From Rhodosorus marinus CCMP1338 (lineage: Eukaryota > Plantae > Rhodophyta): a DNA stretch of 64,000 bases. Position 1 is the first letter of the stretch. Each line of letters begins with the position of its first letter. This document shows, piece after piece, positions 1 through 12,777 of the stretch. The position numbers were made by a program, and so were the translations under genes. A model generated the notes under the pieces. That model did no database searches. It was not told the origin of the DNA and saw only the letters and a list, made by a program, of their open reading frames with translations. Where the stretch lies: the NCBI GenBank assembly GCA_029953675.1, contig JAMWBK010000010.1:744001-808000 (forward strand), given 5' to 3'.

Positions 1-529
1 ATTGGTAAGTAAAAGGAGCACCCACCCTGAGGCAAATCTGAGGATTAAGCTTCTAGGCCAAGGCGTGAATTGCGACTTGTTTTGGTGGGCCAGGCTGTCG
101 TGACTATTTTCTCTGGAATTTAATTCTTTGGGGTTACTTTGGTTGGTCGGGGGTGAAGCATTGCTTCGAGCCTTCGCACAGATAGAAGTTGTTGAAAGTC
201 GTGCTGGCATGTATCGCCTGCACTTGCTCTACTCTGTCGCAGACTATTCTCAGCACTCTTTTCAGTTTTCCTTCCAGAACTTGATGGGACCGCCGATCGT
301 GCCTTTCTGGAAGATTGAACTTATCACTCAAACGTATTGATTCGTGGGCGCCCGGTTTCTCAGTAGCTCAGGGGCGGGGCGGGGGACTATAGAGGGAAGT
401 GCGCATTGGGTCATTCAATTCGATAATAATGGAAAACTTCGGAGGCCCTTCTTGCGTTTTAGTGAGCTTACGACGCACTCTAGGAATGATGCAAATGGGC
501 CTAGTGGCAGTCGGGGGCGTATCAACTTC

Positions 530-1683
530 TTACTTGTTGAAAACGTTGATGCGAGTGCCGAAGGTGATCGTGGTGTTGTCCACCAGGTCAGCCGTGCTGG
601 AGTCGAACGGAAAATCGGCTGACAGCGAAAATGGTAGGTTCTCGGCGTTGCTCTTGTACTGGATGGCTCCTCTCTTGTCGCTTGGGTGTGCATGCAGGCC
701 TACTTTGGCCCCGTTGTTCAACACTTTCTCAACCTAGGCCGCAGGCATCCACACAACTATTGTAAGGACTACTGCTAGAGTGGCGTTGGCAGCATCCAGC
801 ACGTTACTCACCGAAGCACGGAATCCGTCCAGCGCCTTGGCAGATGCTCTTGCTTCTCCCTGCAGAATGTAGCTGCCAGTCGTGTACCTGACCTTGCCCT
901 TCAGGGACTGGCCCTGAACGGAATACTTTCCGGATAGCTTGATCTGCTGCTCAATGGAAAAAAAAAAGCTCCAGGTAAGGAGACCACCACTCAAGACCAA
1001 GCATCGCATGCTGCGACTAGCAGAAAGAACATAAGCTTACGTCGTCCTGGAGTTTCGACTGGACCCAAATATCTTCGTGGTGGTTGTCGAAGACTGCCTT
1101 GCTGAACTCCTTGAAGTTGAGCTCGGTTCCAATCTTCATGTTGCTCTCACCCCACTGAACCCGTGCACACGCGGAGTCACCCGATGGGGAGTAGACCAGC
1201 TCATTCATGAATTTCTGATCGGCGATATCGACCTGTGGTGATAGATAAACAATCACGCCTCAGCGATTGCCGACTCAGCCAACTGCCATCCCTGATCCAA
1301 TCTCACCTGCTTAAGCTTGAGGCCAATTGCGGAGATTGCTCTGCCGATAGGATCTACCTCCGCAAAAACCTTCTGGTTGTCATTCACGTTGTAGAATCCC
1401 TTGACGTTGAGGGTCTGGCACTTGCTCAACTCCTTCAAGTTCTTCGACGTGTGGGTAACCAGCATCGAGACGTATCCATCCTCGAAGTTATCAGCGTATG
1501 TTGCTTTGGCGACCTTGACCTGCGTATCACACAAGACATACAAGGACCAAACCAGCAGCTCATCAGGTCAGCAAGATTCCTTTACCACACTAGACAACAG
1601 ACCAAGCAAACGCCACAAACTTTCAGTCCGAAACCTACAGGCTCAGCCTTGGCGACCTCCTCGTTGCGCAGCTTCCAGAACAT
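530..1683 (-). CDS. Predicted beta-barrel channel protein, 274 aa, 5 exons (eukaryotic porin/Tom40-like or OEP24-like)
   Basis: Exons 1683-1639, 1519-1307, 1232-1041, 943-773 and 733-530 join in phase 0 at GT-AG sites into one ORF (MFWKLRNEEVAKAEPVKVAK...TITFGTRINVFNK). Alternating hydrophobic/polar strands, no long TM helix, C-terminal TFGTRINV resembles a beta-signal. Confidence 0.6.
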
Positions 1684-3053
1684 CTTTCCCTTATCTCCAA
1701 CGAAAACAAACTACAGAATCACCCGCGGGGCAGCGAAACAAAAAAACTAAGAGCAGCCCAATCCCGTTCTTCTCAAAAACTCTCCTGCCCTTCCTCTGAA
1801 TGACGCCAAGACCCCGATGTGCTCGCCTGCCTCTCACTCTTGCACCACCACATCCGAACCTGAACTGCCCCAACCTAAGAAGCCCATCGCCACATATACT
1901 GAAAAAAAATCACACACCCCCCAAAAAAGGTGACGATCCCCAATCCTCACCGAGCGATACCTACAAACATACCAAGCAGACACCCACAATCACACACCCC
2001 CTTTCGTCCAAAAAAAAAAGGAAGAAAAAGATCCAAGTATTAGAAGAAAAAAACCAGGCCCCTTATCCTATCTTCAAAAGTTACCATCCAAAAAAGTCCT
2101 AATATAAATTATTCAATAAAATAAAAATGGCCGTTGACCTGATTAGGAAAATATCTCTACCCCCCCTTCCCCCTCCCCTCATCTTAGTGGAAATCCTAAG
2201 CTTCAGATTGAAGTTCACCGTTGCAAAAAAATAAAAATATCGATAAAAAAAGCCTTAAATCCCCTCCCACCATGGAGGAGAGATAAGCCGGGGGTGGGGG
2301 GGGGTTTGTCTATATTGCGCAACCTGGCTTATGGTAGTTAAGTTGTGGTCGAGAGGAGGCGAAAGGTTGGTACTATTGAATTCCTGGAATTTAAAGAGGC
2401 ACTGAACTATGGGGAATTTTTAGAAACTCGGAGCGACTAAATCAGTTTGATTAAAGTGATTGTATGAGATAGTGAGTAACGGGGGGAATGAGCTCGCAGA
2501 TTTTGAAAAAAATGAATTATTTTTATTTATAGATGATCTGATAGTAATCCTACGGTTTTGGAAACCCCCGGGGTACTTGAGGAAGTGGCGTGGAATCTTA
2601 TTTTATGGTGGATATGTGGAATTTGTAGGGTTTTTTAGTCCGTTTGAGGATTTAGGAGTAGAGTTTTTTAAATTTTTTTGCTTCCTGGTCTGCTGATTGT
2701 CGTGCCCTCTGTGTGGGGAAAAAATTGCTCCGAGTTGGATTTTGTTTTGGGGGGGCCGGGAAGGGGGAGAGAGAGAGTTGGGTGAGGTTAAGCAGTGCTA
2801 GAGAAAGGGGGGGAAAGATTTCACTGACATCGTTCCAATCAATCCGTCAGCACTTCGTTTTCCTGATCTTTAGTGTTTCCGAAAAGAAACTTTTCTGTTC
2901 TGAAGAGGATTTGGGTGATGGAGGCGGAAAGGGGCGGGAGGGGTGGGGACGCGGGGGGGGGGGAGGGGTTGGGGGGAGAATGGGGATGCTGATATGGTCG
3001 TGGGAGCTTTTATGACTTTGAATTGAAAAAAGGGTTTCCCACTGGAGATATCC

Positions 3054-5087
3054 ATGCAGATGCGTTTCGGGATGAGGGGGCTTTTTTGGGCGGTTTTTAC
3101 CCGGAAGCCGTATAGGTTGCTTCCAGCGTTGCGATGCAATCAGAGATCATCTCGATTGTGTTCTGCATTGTACACACCCCTTTGCACGCCTCTCTCCTTG
3201 CGCAAACCTCTTCCGAACGTGTTCTGGTGCATACTGATTGCACTGGCGAGATCAACACTGCGGTGAGCTAGCTCGTTGGAGGTTTGCCTGGTTTGGTACC
3301 TGTGCCGGTCGCAGCACCTCTCGTTCCCTTTTGTGCCTGTCTCTGGCACCTGCAGATCATGCAAAACGGGTTATTTCCTTTTTCTTGGACCAGCCTCAGC
3401 GCAACCCGCGAAACGATGGAGGGACGTTGAAGACCTGCCTGCGCCGGCCTAACTCTGTTGAGAACCTGAAATGGTCTGACGGCAATTGAGATGCAGAATT
3501 TCCTCTTTGGTTCTTTGGTGTTTTAACCCGTTTGCAAAGACGGAGACAGATGCTTACAGATCACGCTGTAGTGGTTTTTCGCGCGCATACGCAGACGAGT
3601 TCCCTCTAGACTCTTGTCTTCAAAAGGTTCTCAAGCGACCTATAACTGGCCCTTAGCATTGTCTCCGAGGGCCTGTGACGCAACCTGTCCACTGTCCACC
3701 GGAATAGATTTGTCATTTCAACTTCAAGTCGGTTCGGGAGGCCGCTGACAATGAAAGCCTCGCCACATTTCTCGAAAGCTGGATGGATTTCATGGTCATC
3801 AGGTCTGCTTTTAGGTCTGTGATCCTCCATCACTGCCGCTGGCAATCAAAAACCATTGCAAAATTGTTCGGGGGGTGGAAGAAGCATCCTCTTGACGCCA
3901 CCAGGGTAGTCGCCAAGTTGGTAGTTGATACTGATTCATCCTGGCGCTCTCCTCTCGTCGTCCGCAACCTTTGCAGATCGATAAGACCTCCAAACCACAT
4001 CTCCAGAGGTAATTTGGACTTTGCCAGCTTACGCTATTGCCCTATAGTTCACTGTTAAAACTCCCGGCCAGGTTTATGTCTGTGGAGGCCGTCTTTGTTC
4101 AGCAATCGAAAAGTCTGAGAATCGCCAGTCCGTTTTATAGCTTTGTACAACAGATCGTACTATCTTTGCGCGATAAAACTGCTTGGTGTGTCATAGCGTG
4201 GACGAGACAAGCAACACGAGAGCACACGGGGTTATGCAGACGTGATGGGTGCAAGCCGTTCACCTAAGTTTTCGCGGAATATTTTCACTTGAATGTTGTG
4301 ACGGTTTTGTCGGGGTTCCATTAGCAGCACCAGCCGGCATTGGGACGAGCCGATCAAAAGCCGATCTGGATGCTGGGAGACAGCGGTGAAAACTACTATC
4401 TGGAAAGTCGAGTTTTCTCTCCTCAACTCTGGTTCAGCCTCTTGCCTGCGGCATTAGAATCTTCACTGGCAGCACATCGCCCTGCATTTCTTGGACAAAC
4501 CGTAAGTCATACTTTCAACAGCTCTCATGGGGAACGAGGTCAAAATAATCCTCCAATCCCTGTACGCTTCCGCGTGCGCTTTGCACCTTCGGCTTGTCGA
4601 GGAAGGCCTTTGTCCTTCTTTTTTCAGGTATTGTACGGAACATATTGAAATCCCCATACTCGAAATTTTACACCCCTCCCCATCGGAACAGAAGCGTTTT
4701 TACGAAGTGCTATCTGGAGAGGCAACAATCTGTAAGAATCTTGGTGGTCAACCCGGCGTAGAAAATTTGGAGTAAAAGCTCACCGTCAGATTAGCTGGTG
4801 CAGACGAGCAAAACTCATCGGGCCGCTTTGACTGATTCTCTCAGAGGCTTTTAGCTGATTCCGTCCGTTTTGACGCCTGTTCTTCAACCCCCCAAATTTT
4901 GCTGAAGTGTCCTCCAACATTAAGAGGCTCTCGGCTAGTGCAACATGCGGCTGGGTGGACACCACTCAAAGGGTCGGATCTGGCTGCTTGCCTCTCAAAA
5001 AACCATAGCATCGACAAGCAGAGCTCAAGTACGATCCTGGAATTCAATCAAACTCGAGCAGAAGCTCGACAAGGTTTCACAGCTTAA
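3054..5087 (+). CDS. Probable multi-exon hypothetical gene; model unresolved
   Basis: GC-rich block with GT-AG-bounded, exon-like open frames (e.g. ICHFNFKSVREAADNESLATFLESWMDFMVIRSAF, FMSVEAVFVQQSKSLRIASPFYSFVQQ, MGNEVKIILQSLYASACALHLRL). It follows a G-rich leader like other gene starts here. No family recognised and no fully in-frame model built. Confidence 0.3.
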
Positions 5088-5822
5088 CGCCGCGAAGTCC
5101 GTTCCAGAATCCTCCACCAATCCATATAAAATAAACACAAATAAGATAAATATTATTAACCAGTTGCACAAGGAGCTTTTGTTTGAGAATATATTTTATC
5201 GAATAAATTAACCATGCGGCAGTTTTATTTGCATAATAGTTTTATTACTCAACTATTGACGAATAATAATTGGATATGTAAAATCCACCACAGAATGAAT
5301 AGATAATAAAAATAGATCCAAATACTTCTAAAACTAACAATATATATGAAGTATTTTTGACGATATGGTCAAATAAATTCATCCTGTATTTATTTTATTC
5401 CAAAAATAGATTAATTGGTGAGGCTTATCGATTGTTAATTGGTTGCTAAATGAATAGAAATAATCAAGCTCTTAAGTCTAGCCAACAAAAAGCTTCTAAG
5501 TTTGTATATTCTAGAACAATATTGAAAGCATTGGTCCAAGTTCTTACTTTTATATAATTAATGAATACATTTAATCATCACTATATGTTATGATTGGATT
5601 GATCATGACTAAATCTACTTGGGTAAACTTCACTGGTTGTTTGGGCAACTAGAAAATGACGATTCGATATCCGAACCGTCAGTCTTGTAGAGGTGTCCGA
5701 AGAGCGTCTCTGCGTGTGGTGAACTGGGTTTGAGGGCGTGTGGATGGAGGAGGGATAGAGTATGCGTTGGTTGGGTGGAAGAGATTCTTGAACCACTTGG
5801 ATTATAAAACACAGTAGAAGCC

Positions 5823-7072
5823 ATGACTGATGACACTGAAGAGTATAGGGAGCTGGTTGCAAAGGCCAGGTAAGCGTTCTGAACTCGGAGGGATTGATAT
5901 TTGCGTGGAGGGCTGAGCTGGGTCTGATATTTTTTATGGGGTGGGGGTTCTGAAGTATGTGAGTCTGTATATGCTTTTAGGGAAACCAACCTCGCGGATG
6001 TGGAGGTGCTGGGACACCTAGATGTCAGCCGTAAGCAAGCTTCCGGAATTTTTTTCTTCGGACTTCGCGGGTTTACCCATGAGAAAAGAAAGACTTTCTT
6101 GTTCTGACTTGGTGAGAGGTTCCTGTTTTTTGTGCGCCCTAAACAGATAGGGATGCTCTTGGAAGGCCTCTTGTCGTGGTGTATGGAAAGCGGCTTACCG
6201 TTCGAGAGGTACGAACGGCTTTTTCCTTAGAACGAGTACCATTGCCCAGCCGTATGCGTATTCTCAAGATGGTCCTCTTTGGGTTCAACTGCTCTTCTAG
6301 GTGAACATGCAAAACGTTTTTCTGCACTATATTCGTGAAATGGACGGAATTGCAAGTGAAGCCTACACTCTGGTCTACTTCAATTCAAAAGTCACGCGCG
6401 CAAATTTACCGAGCACGGGATGGCTCATACACATGTACCGGAAGCTCCCGTACAGGTACTCAAGTTCAACGTCCCTTTGTTTTCCCCTCTTGGCGTGAAG
6501 TGGATTGCAAGCTTAGCTCACTCCGACCCATGACGTAGAACCCAGCGACGCTGCTGCTTTCGACGTTTTGCTTAGTGATCGGCCGCTGCTTGTCCTTCTC
6601 GTAACATGCAAACAGGTACAGGAAAAACGTGGCGCATTTTTCGATAGTACATCCGTCTTTCTCGACACGGTTCCTTGTCTATACCATGTATCCTTTCCTG
6701 AGCTCGAAAGCATGGAAGAAGCTTCACTTTGCAGACCATCCAGACGTAGGTTTCGATTTCAGGAACAGAAGACTGAACATATCACGTCAAGCAATAGATG
6801 CAAGGATTGCGTTGCTGTCCTACTGCTAGCCTGGAGATTCTTGAGTGCCTGCATTCCAGAAGCTTTTCTAACAGCTTCATGAACAGTTTTGCGTCCCGAA
6901 TTGTGCTTTGCTCATCCAGTGTCATCGTTTGTCACTTCAGGAGCTCTTCCTGGACGGTCTTGTGGAGAGAGGGGTAGTAGAGATCCCCACGGAGGCAGAA
7001 GAAGAACAAAAAGATACTGAGGAGTACTTGAAGGCTACCGAGAAGGCCTTTGAACAGGGATTGATGAGATGA
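5823..7072 (+). CDS. CRAL-TRIO/BCH domain protein (GDAP2 C-terminal-like, no macro domain seen)
   Basis: Spliced translation gives EYRELVAKARETNLAD, RDALGRPLVVVYG, VFLHYIREMDGIASEAYTLVYFNS, WLIHMYRKLPYRYRKNVAHFSIVHPSFSTRFLVYTMYPFLSSKAWKKLHF. Last exon inferred as ELFLDGLVERGVVEIP...GLMR*. Confidence 0.8.
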
Positions 7073-7289
7073 CAAAAGACAGAGCAATACACAGAGCTCT
7101 GCACGCTTGGCTGTGCGCGATTCCCTAGTTAGAAGTGGCATTTTTTGAATTGGCTTCGGTACAAAAACAGGCGGGAAGATGGCCTCAGGCCTTGGTAGAG
7201 TATGGAAACAGCTTTTAGGGATTCGATAGGTACTTTACATGTTACATCAACCTCAGTATCTCGTATTTGCAATGTGTTTAGAAAGTGGG

Positions 7290-8148
7290 CTATCTCAGTA
7301 GCTCGAATCCCTCGTCCTTCTTCCAACAGCATATCGGAGTAAGCTTAAAGACTGCCATCTGAATCCCTCTGTGCTCGAGCAGCTTCGCTTTCTCCGGAGT
7401 TAGCGTTTCCCCTTCTGTGCAAACCGTGTAGTCAGCCAGCAGGACAACATCACCCTTGACTATTGAGACGGGCAATCCCAGCTCCCGCAAATGGGCCTCC
7501 TGAGAAACTTTAAACTCCTCAAGCTTTCCCTTTAGCGCATGGAACAGAGACAGACAACGTCAGTTCTCCGCTGAACGAGATATTCTCCATGAGCTGGAAG
7601 CAGGACAGTCTTCAGAGTCAAGTTCATACCTTCTCAATAACGACCTTCTCACTTGAAACAAAGCCAGAACGGGCGAAAGTCGTGTCCTCACAGCTCTGCA
7701 GGTCGCTTTTAACCGTCTATGAACAAGGAGCACAATTGTAAGGTCGCGTTAGGTCGCGTTAGTTGAATCTGCTTTCCCTGTTCATTCTTGCAACGGTCCG
7801 CAATTGAAGTACCTCGAAATCTCTATCCGTGAACAACAAGCAAGTCTGACCACTCAGATGCTTCCCGATTTCACTGATACCATCAGCATACTCAGAGCTA
7901 GTATCCACCCCGAGCGCAACCTTACAGATCTGATTTCTACCGAAATAAAACTTGGAATTCTTGAAGACGCTCCGAGCATTGTTCAGCAGCTCGTTTCTGG
8001 AATTCTCTATCTCGAGGACGTAAGCATTGCCATATCGATCAACAGCCCCTCGAATCTCATCAACAATCTTGCTCTTGACGTCACGAGTTAGAACTTTCTT
8101 CCCGGCCTTCGCCAGAGTAACCCTTCGGTCACGCTTCGACCTGGGCAT
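7290..8148 (-). CDS. MRT4: mRNA turnover protein 4 / ribosome assembly factor Mrt4 (uL10 paralogue)
   Basis: MPRSKRDRRVTLAK N-terminus, SKFYFGRNQICKVALG, HLSGQTCLLFT, LRELGLP...VCTEGETLTPEKAKLLE; 3 exons. Confidence 0.95.
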
Positions 8149-8771
8149 CGATCCTTAGCTTTTTACCACCTCACACCCTCCCCCCGTTCCAACCCAAAGC
8201 TATTCAAGAAACGCAGAGTCCCTCAAGAGCCAAACCCCGGTCACCAACCTTCAAGAACAACAGTTCCTCGTTTCTGAGACGTCGTCAAGAAGGATTTCAA
8301 AGCAGCAGAAGCTATTACAACATGTTGCTTCCGATACTCCCTGAAAATTCCCACCCCGACGACGAACACCGGCGATAATCCTAAGCCGAAAAAGAACTGG
8401 GTGGGCGTCCTTCACGAGAGTATCCGGGGGCCCTCGATTACTCGTTCCTGACGAGCTCCTATCCTACTGACTGATAGTTCACCTTCAAATTAACTAAGGT
8501 CTTGACACAGTTGATATGACCTTGAGTAAATAACCCAATCCTTTCTGAGCTTGTTTGCGAGGAAGGAGAGTGAGGACACCGTCGACGTCCATGTCGAGAC
8601 GGTGTACATAGCCTTGTTAAGTAGTCCACGGCGGACAGACGAAAGCATTTTTCCTTAGTGGAAATGAGGAGCTGTACGGTAGAAGGCGTAGAGGAGTCTG
8701 ATTGGCTTGATATGGAAAGCAATTTACAGTTTGGTGTTGGAGAAAACATCTATCCAGAAAGCTCCTCCGTT

Positions 8772-9840
8772 TCATACGTCCAAGTCAGAGTCAGAGCTGT
8801 GCTCCAAGTCATATCCTGGTTGAAGTTCTTGCGGGTGAAGCTCGAGGGCAGTGTTCGCGAGGTTTTCATCCTCGTGCTGGTAACCGAGGGGCACCTGTGT
8901 TTTAGAGCCGCCTATCAGATCGTAGGACACATGCAGTAGATGGGGTTTGGCAGTCTTGTTGATCAAACAAACCTGCGATCTTTCCCCTCGTTCCTTGTCT
9001 GTCAGGTTTATGTTGAAGGGGACGTTCAGGTCTGCGAGGGCGTCCTTTTCTTGAACTTGAGGTCGCACATCCTCCGCTTCAGCTATGGGTTCTGAGCGTA
9101 TGGAGTCATCGACTAGTTTAACGAGGAACTGGGTTGTTGAAATCCGACCTGATGGCTTCTTTCTGACAATTTCCAAAACAACCTCATCCCTAGAGCGAAA
9201 GCAATGAACACAATCGTGTTAGTTCCAGACCGCTTTGGGGAAAGCGCTTTCGGATTAAGCAAAGCACACACCCGCTCATGACCACAACAGAGTAGTCGGA
9301 AACCGGTTTAGGGGACCTGAGCCTAGCGCAAATGAGCGCTGTCGCGACTGATTCAATTCCCGCTTTAACAGTTCTCTCGTGAGTGCTAGACCGCCACAAC
9401 GCGACAATCCCTTTGAAGCCAGGGAGTAGCCTGCCTTCCATCAGAATTTCCCCGAATGCCCTGACGTTCCAGCGCCGAAGAAAAGAGGAGAGGGAGTCTA
9501 CAACGACCAAGCATGGCTGAGGTTCCTGAAGAAACGCACGGAGATCCGCGAGACTCTTGGATGAAGTACAACAAAACACATCCACTCGGTTTTCGCTGTT
9601 AAGGAGAGCCCCAAGAACTCCCGGCTCTGTCTCAAAAGCAACGACTTTCGTTATACCTGTCCATCCAGTCGCATTTGTAGCAGTTGCTAAAAGTTTGTAG
9701 CACAGGTCTGCACCTAAGAAAGTCAGATGCTTCCGGTCGTCCTTGCCGGAGTTCCCTTGCAAATTCTCCGCGCTCACGTCGACTGCAATGAACGGAGCTA
9801 GTCCTATCTTCGAGAAGCAAGACTCAATCTCATCGTTCAT
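8772..9840 (-). CDS. ELP5: Elongator complex protein 5 (RecA-like fold)
   Basis: LVVVDSLSSFL, RKKPSGRI, LADLNVPFNINLTDKERGERSQV(PLGY) and an acidic C-terminus ...SSDSDLDV match the ELP5 pattern; spliced from ORFs 9190-9840 and 8772-9176. Confidence 0.8.
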
Positions 9841-10309
9841 CGTTCACTACTGGAATCAAACATCTGTAGATCCTTGATCCTCGTACAGGTCCTTCCCGCA
9901 CATTAACGGCAGCGCCGACAACATTCTGCGAATGCCCGTTTCAGAAGTGAGTACCGAGTCGTGTTGTCCTCGAGGCCTCTATAGGGGAATGCTAAGGATT
10001 TGTCCTGGAAATTGTCCTTCGGCTTTTGCTTTTTTCTTGATCCCATGGCGGGTTCCTTAGTAGTAGTAGGGGGCAGCTCGCCATCAGATGGTTGGTTCTT
10101 TCCTTTTTTGGGGTTCGCTTAAGATTAAAAAGTTTTCTTGTGAAGCTGTGCTTCGTGGTCTGCTTAGTACCCGATGTGCTTGATAGGCTCGACTGGGTCA
10201 AGAGCCTGGGTTTCAGTTTGGGCCTCTAGCCACAGTTCCGGACCGAATACTACTCGTGTCCGTGAGACTGCTTTGTGTTCAAGTCAGGCTCTTGAAAAAA
10301 CCGAGCTCT

Positions 10310-11227
10310 CTAAACGCGTTTGAACGAAAACGATTTTTCTGGCGCCTCCTCCATATCGGTTTCCACAGCTCCTAGCTTTCCAAGCTCCCATTCAACGTCT
10401 GTTCGTGATTCCAGATTACCGAGTCTTAGTTGATTTTTTGGAGCATGCTGGGATTGGCCATTGGGAGTGGAGTCGTGCTCACCGTCTGCATCTGTCTTCA
10501 ACCCCTTAAAAGCACCTAGTCCGATAAAATTCTTCTTCACGATCCCATTGTAGTACACGAGCACCGTTGGTATTTTCTCATCTGGGTAGTTTGCAATCGC
10601 ATCGGTTGCCTTGCATTTCACAAACTTCGTATGCTTGAATTTCTGTGATAAGTGTAGCAAAATGTCTTCCATCAGTGTAGACTGCTCAGTACCTTCCTGA
10701 AACTGTTAGCATAGAAGTTAGCAAGGGGGACAAATTCGTATAAGGCCACGTGTCGGTCTAGCTATTCGTTAGAGTTGACATCATTACCAGAAGAACTACA
10801 ATGTGAAAGTCTGGACCCGCCTCGGAAACTTCAGGCTTCCAGTCCGCTGCCGAAATGTAGTGTATACCGGGAGAAAATCTCTTCCGAGACTGTGAAGCTT
10901 GCATCTGAAAGGTGATCATGTGCTTCTTCAGGTTTCAAAAGTGGATCGTAGTTTACTATTTTAAACGCGTACCTCCATCATGCGTGTTTCACGGTGCTTC
11001 ATGAGAATCCTTTCCTCTTCAGAATCGGCATCTTCCAAGTCCTCGTCCAGCTCTTCCACAGTCTTTGAGGCGTTTGGGTCATACCTAGCCACGGATTCCT
11101 CAACCACTGTTTTCAGCTGCTCTTCGGCGATTTCCTCTTGAGTTTTTTCCGGAATAATCCCCTTCTCTTTCAGAATTTCTTCCCATTCCGTCGTTTCTTT
11201 GGCACCTCCAGTACCCAATGCAGCCAT
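10310..11227 (-). CDS. PDCL3: Phosducin-like protein (PhLP2/PDCL3 type, CCT co-chaperone)
   Basis: TEWEEILKEKGIIP N-terminus; thioredoxin-like C-terminus KFKHTKFVKCKATDAIANYPDEKIPTVLVY...DVEWELGKLGAVETD. Confidence 0.92.
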
Positions 11228-11465
11228 TGCTACGTCACTTCGACCCTATATTCAAAGTTCTCACTGGCAACCCTCTCCGAATGTACTGTTCGAGCTCAGT
11301 TAATGCGACCTGACCCTGTCATAATAAACTGTATTCTCATCGAACACCCCAGCCATGGAGAGCACCAGTCGACGACCGCATGACTCAGTTTCGTGTCAGG
11401 ATTTGAGCCTAAATTTTCGATGCACCCACGGCTTCTAGGACCAGATCACTGCATCTTTTTGGCGA

Positions 11466-12314
11466 TTACCGAGGGACACGGAAGGGGTTCGCTATTGTGG
11501 TGTCCTCGTCTCGTTCGACTACAATGTGCTCATCAATTTCGTAGGTGGCACCACCTGTCCTTGAATAGGAGCTGCCCCTCCGAGAACCGTCCACTGTCCG
11601 TAGGTTAAAGCCGGGGGATCCTGAAAACGGTTCCTCCTGGCTTTCAGGCGATGGGTGGACTTGTGCACTCGATCGGGATGATCGATTTTGCTCGGGACTC
11701 AAGCTCCTGAAGTGGCTTGAAAGATTGTCCTGAGCGTGGTCGTCTGATATTGGATGGTGTTGACCCCGCGGAGAGTAGCTTGGAGATCGTTCTGTGCGTA
11801 CGAGAGTGACTTAGGAGTGGAAACTGTAGCAGATCTTGTTGAAACGTGCACTACCTCTATTTGGGACGCTATTGACAGCCGAATGGGGAACCGGCTGAGT
11901 CGGTTCATCATCCGTGACAGTGTCTTTCCTGACCGTTTTTGGACGGCGTCCGCCAGCTCGCATCTTGGAAACGTGGGTCAGAACATCTTCGAACGGTGCA
12001 ATCTGGAAGAAGTCGACGCTTTTGATTTGAGAGCCATCTTCCTTGTGGGGCTGCACAGACTCAAGCGGAACCCCGAGATCGGCCAGGCCGGTTTCACTTG
12101 CAGATTCGCCACCTCCTCGCAGCATTTTCTGTCTCCTGAAATAGGCCTTTTGCCGCGATACGGGATCATTCTTCTGAAGATTCCGCTTGCGTCTAACCAG
12201 TGACGAACAAACACATACGTGTCATCAAACAGGCAAAAAACCGAATTGACGTAGGCCGATCAGCTACTTTCAGGACAGAACAGCATACTTCGCCCCGCCC
12301 ATCCACGAGTTCAT
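11466..12314 (-). CDS. REDIC1/C12orf40-like N-terminal motif protein, 229 aa, mostly disordered
   Basis: Exons 12314-12289, 12192-11855 and 11791-11466 total 690 nt in frame with GT-AG introns. N-terminus MNSWMGGAKRKRNLQKNDPVSRQKAYFRRQK fits the W-x-G-G...R-Q-K-x-Y-F motif. Confidence 0.55.
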
Positions 12315-12777
12315 ATTGGGAACCTTTTTCTTCAACAGAGAAGTACAAACTTACAGTTTCAATAACTTCTAAAAGGTTCTGACGCAATCTACTATTGGCT
12401 CCACCCAACACACACGTTCCCTTTCTTCAAACTCATTCTCAGAATGACCATAAATCCACCCCCAAAAAGGCAGATGTTTCAGTTCTCCTCAACAAACTGA
12501 ATTTGAGAAACTTTTGATGGGCCAATGGACGTGATTTGAATTTGGCGAATGATACTTGCCCGAAAAGAAAAGCCTTCTGTTTTTTGAAAGAACGTATTTG
12601 GCCATTGGCAGGTCAATGTTACTAAAGAAGTTAAATTATTGTAGAAGTACACAGGGGAATGTTCCCTTTAGTGGGAAGCTGGGAGTACCACTCTCCCTCT
12701 GCTTTCAATGGCAGCAGTTTCTGGAGAGACTGACTCGAATTCCAGGAGCCTAACCAGAGCAGCACGATAAAGATCAT

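Noticed and set aside
1-520. Short ORFs at the window start (128-340, 344-622, 399-737)
   Set aside because: Possibly the 3' end of a gene beginning outside the window, but no motif or consistent frame could be identified.
9850-10201. Small ORFs between ELP5 and the phosducin gene (e.g. MGSRKKQKPKDN from 10046)
   Set aside because: Under 70 aa, no homology recognised, could be UTR.
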